Shown: piece by piece, positions 55,373 to 64,000 of the stretch
Position numbering within the stretch: position 1 is the stretch's first letter
Layout: the number at the start of each line of letters is the position of its first letter
Assembly (NCBI GenBank): GCA_951406725.2
Contig: OX597816.1
Span: 62,992,001-63,056,000 of the forward strand
Length of the DNA stretch: 64,000 nt
Source of the DNA: Octopus vulgaris
Taxonomy: Eukaryota
Reading direction: 5' to 3'
Notes under the pieces: generated by a model
Database searches by the model: none
Told to the model about the DNA's origin: nothing
Seen by the model: the letters and a program-made list of their open reading frames with translations, nothing else
Translations under genes and position numbers: made by a program

Positions 55373-56291
55373 TATATATATATACATATATGCATGTATG
55401 CATGTATGTTTGCACATGTCTGTATGTATATCTACTTACGCTTAAACTCACTCTCTTCATATATAGTAAGGCACGTCCCATGCACATAAGATTTTAGAAT
55501 CTCCGGTAAAAAAATGGATTAGTGCTAACGTACTTTACGTATGGAGGTATCAAGGACAAACACATTAGCAACAATTCTGTTAGTGAAAATTAGTGCTGTA
55601 ATAAGTAGAAGTAAAACATAATCTTAATGACTAATATTAATTAAATCTGGTCTGGTGATGCAGAGAAGTAACAAATCAGAAATTACGACTTACTAAAATT
55701 AGTATCGCACATGTAAGGAGTTGATGAAGGTATCAACGAGACCATAGAATAAAGGAAAGTTGTAATACGGGATGAGCTGATTGGGCGCAGCTGTCTGGGC
55801 GCAGACAGTTTGGCACATCTGACTATACGGATGAAAGAAGTAAGAGAAAGAGAAAAATTGGAAGGGGACAGAGAGAATGAAAGGGACAGAAAGGGACTGA
55901 AAGGGACATTTCAATTTACCGTAATTACCAACGTATTATACACACTCTCGCATAGGACGTGATTCTATTTTAGATGTATATTTTGCAAGAAAAAGTTTTA
56001 ATGTTTCATCACACATTCATATACTCAGATGCATGGCAACTTTTTAATACATTAAACATTTTTTAAATAGGGCATCTTTTACGCTGGATATATAAGGTGT
56101 TAATTGAAAATGATTGGAATAAACAGTTTCCCCTCTTCGCTTGCTCATGAAGAGAAGCATGGCCATACACATAAACGTAGAGAAGAAACGGGGGTGAGGA
56201 CGAGTACGAGAGAGACACTAAAGCGTCGAATTAGTGACGGCAAAAAAAATTAAATAATAATAAAAATAATAATAATAATAATAAAAATAAA

Positions 56292-56350
<59 letters not shown>

Positions 56351-56360
56351 TAATAATAAT

Positions 56361-56973
56361 ATGCCCTGATGCATTACCAATGCCCCGATGCAGTACCAAT
56401 GGCCTGATGCAGTACCAATGCCCTGATGCAGTACCAGGCAGTGGCTCTCGTGGCTTCTGATCTTAACTGATTGGAAGTGTTATCATGTACATTGTTTTGT
56501 CTTGGTATAAAAGATGGGCTACAGCAAATATTCTGCTCAATACCACAGATTTACTTGTCAGTTGTTTGACCTTAACTAGTTGAGCATGTCCCTTAGTGGC
56601 TGACGATATGTGCATCTCTGATCACGAGCAGAAGTAGTGGGGGAGCATCATAGCTATGTGTTGAGAGGGATTCTTTGGGGTTTGAATAATTCACCTCTGG
56701 TAACACGGGTGTTTCGTTCAACATCCTTAAACAACTCTTATTCAGGAACCTTTGGAGTGGGTTGGGCTACTCGACCAGAAGAAAATTCTAACTGGGCCCC
56801 ACCTGCAAGGTTATGCACTGTTTATCTTGATATGAGATCACCATGTCGCGCACATATGGTTGTGATGCATGTACCTGGTGTACTCTTATCAGACGGGTAG
56901 TCATGATGGGTATACTGGGCTTCGTATATTTTACCCCGGTGTCACTTTGATGGCATGTACTGCTCTCTCACTC
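56361..56973. mobile_element. Probable non-autonomous element embedded in (TAA)n
   Basis: Flanked by (AAT)n on both sides; begins with 4 x 19-bp atgccctgatgcagtacca. Confidence 0.55.
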
Positions 56974-58020
56974 AATAATAATAAAATGGAAAAAATATTA
57001 TCTGAACTTTGAATAAGTATGGACGTAAATATTGTTGTGTTTCAGTTGCATTAGAACTCATCAGCGAAGTAACTTTTTCCAATATTTACCAGGCCTACTG
57101 ACAAAGTAATACTATACGGCTGCACATGAAATCTTTTAAGCACGTTTTTTTGTACAGTTGTGCAGTGATTCTGTAGCACTAAATCTGATAAGCTCTGATG
57201 ATATTTCACAAGACTGTAACTAATCGGGGTCACTTCAATGCTAGGAAATATCAATTAAAATTAGTATTTTATTTTCTCCGCCATTGCATGCTTAATTCTG
57301 GTTTTAATTTACATTTCAGAGTTATCACTACTTCCTTTGATCAGATTTTAATTAACATTAGTTATTGAAATTATATTTTCAAAAAGGCAATCTTAATTAA
57401 TCAAAATATTATGTTCACTACATTAAGTTTGTTAGCGCTCATTTGGTTATTGTGCTTTTCGTGGATAGCGTCCCTACGAAATACCCCTCATTCATTACAA
57501 ACAGATGTCTTTCGTTTGACAAAGTCTCAGTTCAGTGGGCTATATACATGTATGTATTATACTTAAAGTATATACACTTGATTGGCCAGTTGTCCTGAGG
57601 TAACATCTTTTATGAACTTACCGTGCTTGGGAGCACAGTAATAGACTTAGATATAATATGCTCGGGAGACGACTATTCATCACGGCAGTGGCTAGCAGGA
57701 ATGTTAGATACATTTCGCCCTTACTAGGCCTTTTCAATGGAACGTATTCGTGAGCAGTCACATGATCGGATGAGAATTAATCTCCTCTGATATATGAAAA
57801 CGTGAATAAAACATTCACTGATGTTGCTAATAGCTGCTCAGCTTATCGACCGTGTATATACTTTAAGTCTGATATATATATATATATAATATAATAATAA
57901 GGGTAAATAATTTCTATAATGGTTTTTAAAAAAAGACCACAATTATTTACTGGTAGAATTCGGTATGTAAATATAGCCGATTACCGGCAGGAACTTCTGT
58001 AAAGTTCAGTATATATATTG

Positions 58021-58802
<782 letters not shown>

Positions 58803-59944
58803 TTTTAATTTAATGCCATCTCAAATGCCTATACCGGATTTTTATTCAGCCCGACGGTTATTTGCAATATCAGATAGTATTTCATTCACTTATATGAGAG
58901 ACGATGAATTCTCGTTCAAGCATATGGTTGGCTGCGACTACGCGCAATTTAAAACGCCCAAAATGGCCGAAATACATCTGGTGTTCTCGCTAGCCGCGGC
59001 TAGGACAGATGTTCATCTTCCTTTCATATTTATTTCAGGACCGTAGTAACTTACCAATCGACGGTATGTATATATTGAATATGATACATAGATGACAATT
59101 TTAAGTTAAAGCTGCCTCAGCTGCGTATACCAGGTTGTTATATACACAGTATCTTATTGTCCAGGAAATGAATATGTAGTTAAGCAATCCTCAGCGTTCT
59201 TGTGTGTATGACTACTCTGTGATTCACCGACAACCATTTCGGAAAGCGCGGTTAAGTCTATGATTCACTGATGAAATTATAACATGGCTTAAAATGTATT
59301 TGGAGATATATCCTGTTTTTTACGAATGTTTTTTTTTGTTTGTTTTGTAAACATGATATTAATTAGTGATTAAAACTTTGTTTATTCCTCATAGCATAAT
59401 TATTTTTAATTAGCTTTTTAATATTACCTTCGTTATATATGTTAACGCTAACTTCTCTACTTTCGACGCTAACGCTGTCTCTGAATAATTTAATTTACAT
59501 AAATATATGACTTAAGCTATTTCAAGACAAGATAAGCAGACTGAGCTTACTCGTTTAGGCAGACATAACTACGTGATTTTATAAATTCGGTTCGAAGCAA
59601 CATGGTTTCTGGTTTAATAACATTCGGCGACATCTCAGACCGTAGCCTCGCTTCGGCCACAACATTGAAAGTGAAATTTATAAGACAGTAAATTTTATAG
59701 AATCCGTTCGGACGGTTCGTTCTTGTACTTGGACTCTTGTAGACTTCAACCACTGTTCAGTTTTAAACCATTTCATCTTTGTGTGCATTTAGTGGAAGCC
59801 ATAGTTTTGCAAGTTATTCGGGTAGGTTTCTGGTATTAAGTATGACCATCGGGGGAAATGTAATAACATTTAACACGACTCCTTCCAGATACCTTGGGTG
59901 CAGTTCGTCTCAAATTTCAAAGGATTATCGAAGTTTTTCTTGTG

Positions 59945-60005
<61 letters not shown>

Positions 60006-60012
60006 GTATATA

Positions 60013-60070
<58 letters not shown>

Positions 60071-60101
60071 GGTTATAAAATGAGTCCATTCTCTAATTTT
60101 G

Positions 60102-60135
<34 letters not shown>

Positions 60136-60544
60136 GTGTATGTGTGTGTGTATTTCAGGAAGGGCCCAAATGCTTCTCCTTGGCTCTTTAAGATCCGAAT
60201 GGTCGTACAGGCGGAACCCTCTTCTTCATGGCTCTGCTACTAAGATGACGTCTTACGTTTATTTGTGTTTTGTTTTGTTTTCTACCTATCCTGTAAGCTC
60301 CAAAAAGGGACTTTGACGTTACACGATTTCCTCTGTCTAAGCGATTTAAAGAGAAATGTTCATTCTCTTTGCGGGAGGTGTTGGCGGAAGCTTCATATTT
60401 CTGTTGATACAATGTCACATGTAAAACTAGAACATATACTTCCTGTGCTAAGAGCCGAAGCGAATACATTTAGGCATTCTCTCTGATATTCGCACGCAGG
60501 GGTTTTCAATCTTTCTTTTTTTTTTTTTGTCACTATCAGGATAA

Positions 60545-60825
60545 AAGGTAAAAGGGTAAAGACCCCCTTCTATCTCCGAGGCACAAGTTCGGGCAAGGTT
60601 AATTTATGGAAGACCAGCAGACGTTCAAGCAGACCGGCATCTCCTCTCCAAAGCACCGATGTTGTCCAAAGGAAAGACAAAGTGTGGCATCAATGGCGTC
60701 ACAACTCATTTGTACAGTTGAGTGGACTGGAATAACGTGAAACAAAGTGTCTTGCTCAACAGCACAACATAGTGTCCGGACCGGGAATCGAACTCCCTAC
60801 CTCGTGACTGTGAATCCGATGCCAT
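60545..60825 (-). mobile_element. SINE D with a further tail ending in TTTACC-like repeats
   Basis: B box GAGTTCGATTCCC; ttgagcaagacact..ccagtccactcaac shared with the 26991 copy. Confidence 0.7.
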
Positions 60826-60940
60826 CAAGGACACTGTTATAACTGCCGCCTTAGCGAGGGCGGGTTTATTGTTTTCAGTCGTGTTTGTTTGTACGTGGAC
60901 AAAATATCTCAAGAATAGATTGAAAGATACCCGTCGTATG

Positions 60941-60980
<40 letters not shown>

Positions 60981-60981
<1 letters not shown>

Positions 60982-61134
60982 TCTAGCAAAAACTGTCCGA
61001 TGAACGGCAACGGGAAACTCAGAGTAACAGGTTTTGTTGAATTTTCTGCTGCTTTAAATAGAGCATATTACTCTACCACTGGTATTTGAGTACTCTTTTT
61101 TCCACCTTGTTTCACATTTATGTGTTTACTCCGG

Positions 61135-61135
<1 letters not shown>
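60981..61135 (+). mobile_element. (TA)n-embedded short element with hammerhead (60993-61030)
   Basis: ctgt-CCGATGA-a-cg gcaa cg-g-GAAA-ctc a gag-TA-acag. Confidence 0.85.
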
Positions 61136-61180
<45 letters not shown>

Positions 61181-61420
61181 TGTATGTATATGTGTATGTA
61201 TGTATGTATGTATGTATGTATGTATGTATGTATGTATGTATGTATGTATGTGTTTGTGTATTTATGTATGTATTTCAACATGGCTGTTGAAATACGAGCG
61301 GAATTGACTGCAGTTGCTTGACCCCAAGAGGATATCTTCCCTAAATGGTTAACGATGCACAGCTGCATCCGATATATTGTGAGCAGGGAAACGAGCCCCT
61401 ACCACCTAGCGACGACGGGA

Positions 61421-61471
61421 CCAGCAGTACCAATCTGGTTTCGGGTTTTTTCTGCCTTTCTTCAGTACTGG
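61421..61471 (-). ncRNA. Decayed hammerhead motif
   Basis: ccagta-CTGAAGA-aaggcagaaaaaaccc-GAAA-cca gat tgg-TA-c-tgctgg. Confidence 0.6.
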
Positions 61472-61740
61472 ACACCTCGTCTGCTAGAGATGGCAGTAGC
61501 TTGTCTCTACTCGCACACAGTTGCTGATTTTGTAACGAGCCTAAAAGCCAGTTCTAAAATCTCTCTAGATGATTGCAGTAGTTATACTAGCAAGCAATGT
61601 TCGTAGCACCTTACTGCGATTTTTAACATTCAAGGGGACATTTCCTCTAACTGGTTAACGATGCACAGCAGCATCTGAAATGTTGCCAGCAGGCGAATGA
61701 ACTCCTACCACCTTGGAGCCACTTCTAGCAAACGAGGTGT

Positions 61741-61790
61741 CCAGTACTGAGGAAAAGCAAAAATAGCCCGAAACCAGACTGATATCCTGG
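61741..61790 (+). ncRNA. Decayed hammerhead motif, inverted partner of 61421-61471
   Basis: ccagta-CTGAGGA-aaagcaaaaatagccc-GAAA-cca gac tga-TA-tcctgg. Confidence 0.6.
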
Positions 61791-62797
61791 TCCCGTCGCA
61801 TAAGTTTTCGATAGAATATCTACTAAACTTTAAAAGAATAAGCGTTGGGGATGAATTGTTCGTCTGAAACCCTTCAAGGCGGCGCTCCAGCATGGGCCCG
61901 TCTAATGACTGAAACAAGTAAAAGATTACAGATAAATGTACTATTACACCTATAAATAGACAAATAAATCCTTTACTTAGTTGTTAACCTAAGAATTAAA
62001 GATATTCAAAATCTTAATGAAAATTCTTCGTAATTACTCCGACGTACTTTAGTTGTTTGAATAATTCATTTGGAATAAGTTTATTTAAGTAACTGTCTTT
62101 TAAGATTGTGATAAGCCATGCAGCTATACGTCTAATATATATAATTTAATTTATAACAAATCTACAATCTACTATCTAATTATGAATAGATAGCGGTGCT
62201 ACTTTATTTATTTTTTTGAAATGTGTCTGCTTAGATTTAAGAGTATAATCCTCATTAAAGTAAACTTTGGCTTATTATATGCGTGCTCTAACACGCTATC
62301 GTAAAGATAGCGCTTTAGCAGTAGCAAGTTTTGATATGTAGGGAGTAATTAGTGTATGTTTTTACGAGTAAGTAAAAAGATAAATGGTGAATTGCATAAA
62401 GACGTGGGGTTAAATAGCGAATGAAAAGTTGGGTGGAACCTGCCTTCACGGATCGCTAAACGTATGATAATATTATAGTATTCTAGCTATAACTATGTGT
62501 TATTGTATCTGTTTTTCTGAAATGCATCTGCTTAAGTGTATGTTACAAATTAGACTGTCGTTTGCGACCAGGTTTAGCGGTAATTTAAAAGCAGAATGAG
62601 CTGTCCGTCCTCCTGGGGGAATGGTGGTAGCAAAGCCAGACTATAGTACAGCAACTGCAATTCTTTTTTTGTTGCCTTACCTTGGAAGAGAAGCAATGTT
62701 GTTACAAATGCTTACCTGTGCCACCAGGAGCATCAAGAAAGAAAACTTCCCCCACTTTTCCTGGCGATTGTGGAACGCCACACGCACACACATACAC

Positions 62798-62836
<39 letters not shown>

Positions 62837-63322
62837 GTATCAAACATCAGATGAAATGGACGCGTGTGAGAGACAGAGAGACAGAGCAAATGAAGGGGTG
62901 TGTTGTCGTGTATACGTCCATACATCTATTTTATATGTATGTGTGCATGTGTGTGTGGGAGAGTGAGAGAGAGAGAGAGAGAGAAAGTGAGTGCCACTTA
63001 GACATCACTCTCTGTCTGTCTCTGTCTCTGTCTCCCTCTCTCTCTCTCAAAAAGATGCATGCATATGTATTTATGTATGTACATATACATGACAACATAC
63101 TCCTTCACTCTCTCTCTCTCTCACGCACACAAACACACACATAAATGTATACAAGCGTAGATACAAAAACACACGTTCACGCAAAAAGTAAATGGAAAAA
63201 AAATTACGGAAACTAACGAAGTGTGCGGGTTCAAGCGAAAGAATGCCCATAATTTTGTCGACGCCCCATGTTGAATTTCAAAATTTTATTGTGATATTTG
63301 TGTAATAACGAAATCGTACCTG

Positions 63323-63357
<35 letters not shown>

Positions 63358-63817
63358 TAAGAGAGAGAGAGAGGTGGGGAGAGAGAATTGGAAAGAGAGG
63401 GAAGGAGAGGGAGAGAAAGGTGGGGAGAGAGAACATTGCAGACAACGAATGAAATAAACATGAAATGAAAAAATCGTATAAATAAAAGTTTGTTAAAAAC
63501 CATCTTGTACGGGAAATTTAAATTTGTGAACTTGGTAAATATTTCTTTTAGTAATTTATCGTGGTTGTTTACAAATAGCGAATTAAAACTTGAAATGCAA
63601 ACATTATACGTCAATGCCGGAAGTTGACATTGAGAAACCTTTTACAGACGTGAATCATGAATTGAAAGCAATATTATTCATTTTTAATAAAAGTAAATAA
63701 ATGAATAAATAAACTGATGACCGCATATATGTATCCGAGGTCAAGTTATTCATGCATCCCAAGTATGGAAGCAATTCGCGTAGCCGTTTCCGCATGGAAA
63801 GCGAACACACACTCAGG

Positions 63818-63848
<31 letters not shown>

Positions 63849-63849
63849 G

Positions 63850-64000
63850 ACCGGAGTAAACACATAAATGTGAAACAAGGTGGAAAAAAGAGTACTCAAA
63901 TACCAGTGGTAGAGTAATATGCTTTATTTTAAGCAGCAGAAAATTCAACAAAATCTGTTACTCTGAGTTTCTCGTTGCCGTTCATCAGACAGTTTTTGCT
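63850..64000 (-). mobile_element. (TA)n-embedded short element with canonical hammerhead (63955-63992)
   Basis: ctgt-CTGATGA-a-cg gcaa cg-a-GAAA-ctc a gag-TA-acag; inverted relative to the 60981 copy. Confidence 0.88.

Noticed and set aside
56740-56820. HDV-like or twister ribozyme pseudoknot
   Set aside because: Some pairings exist but helix order and catalytic motifs did not fit either class.
57020-57068. Hammerhead-like CTGATGA-gtt..aac-t-GAAA on the minus strand
   Set aside because: Core and stem II are present but stems I and III do not pair; possibly a decayed copy, not counted.
58900-59060. Promoter or first exon (AAAATGGC YY1-like word, small hairpin, minus-strand GTAAGT)
   Set aside because: Short motifs expected by chance; no linked exon.

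Overview
A 64-kb eukaryotic, AT-rich window made almost entirely of repeats, with no host protein-coding exon I can support; the long ORFs in the track are microsatellite translations. The tRNA-derived SINE repertoire and microsatellite load suggest a coleoid cephalopod, most likely Octopus (recognised from memory, not database-checked). Contents: four modular SINE families (here A-D); decayed Tx1/L1-, CR1- and Penelope-like (PLE) retroelement fragments; Tc1, mariner, maT, Tigger/pogo and hAT remnants; a Helentron-type HINE; many simple repeats. Highlights: (1) about a dozen type I hammerhead-ribozyme motifs in short elements, many in (TA)n tracts and several in fold-back arrangements, next to PLE RT/GIY-YIG remnants; (2) SINE A carries the 3' end of the local Tx1-type LINE and forms head-to-tail multimers, one flanked by a single 15-bp TSD; (3) combinatorial head/tail swapping between SINE families C and D; (4) a Tc1 transposase with a clean GT-AG intron just after the first catalytic Asp. 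All alignments and folds were done by eye; coordinates of decayed elements are approximate.
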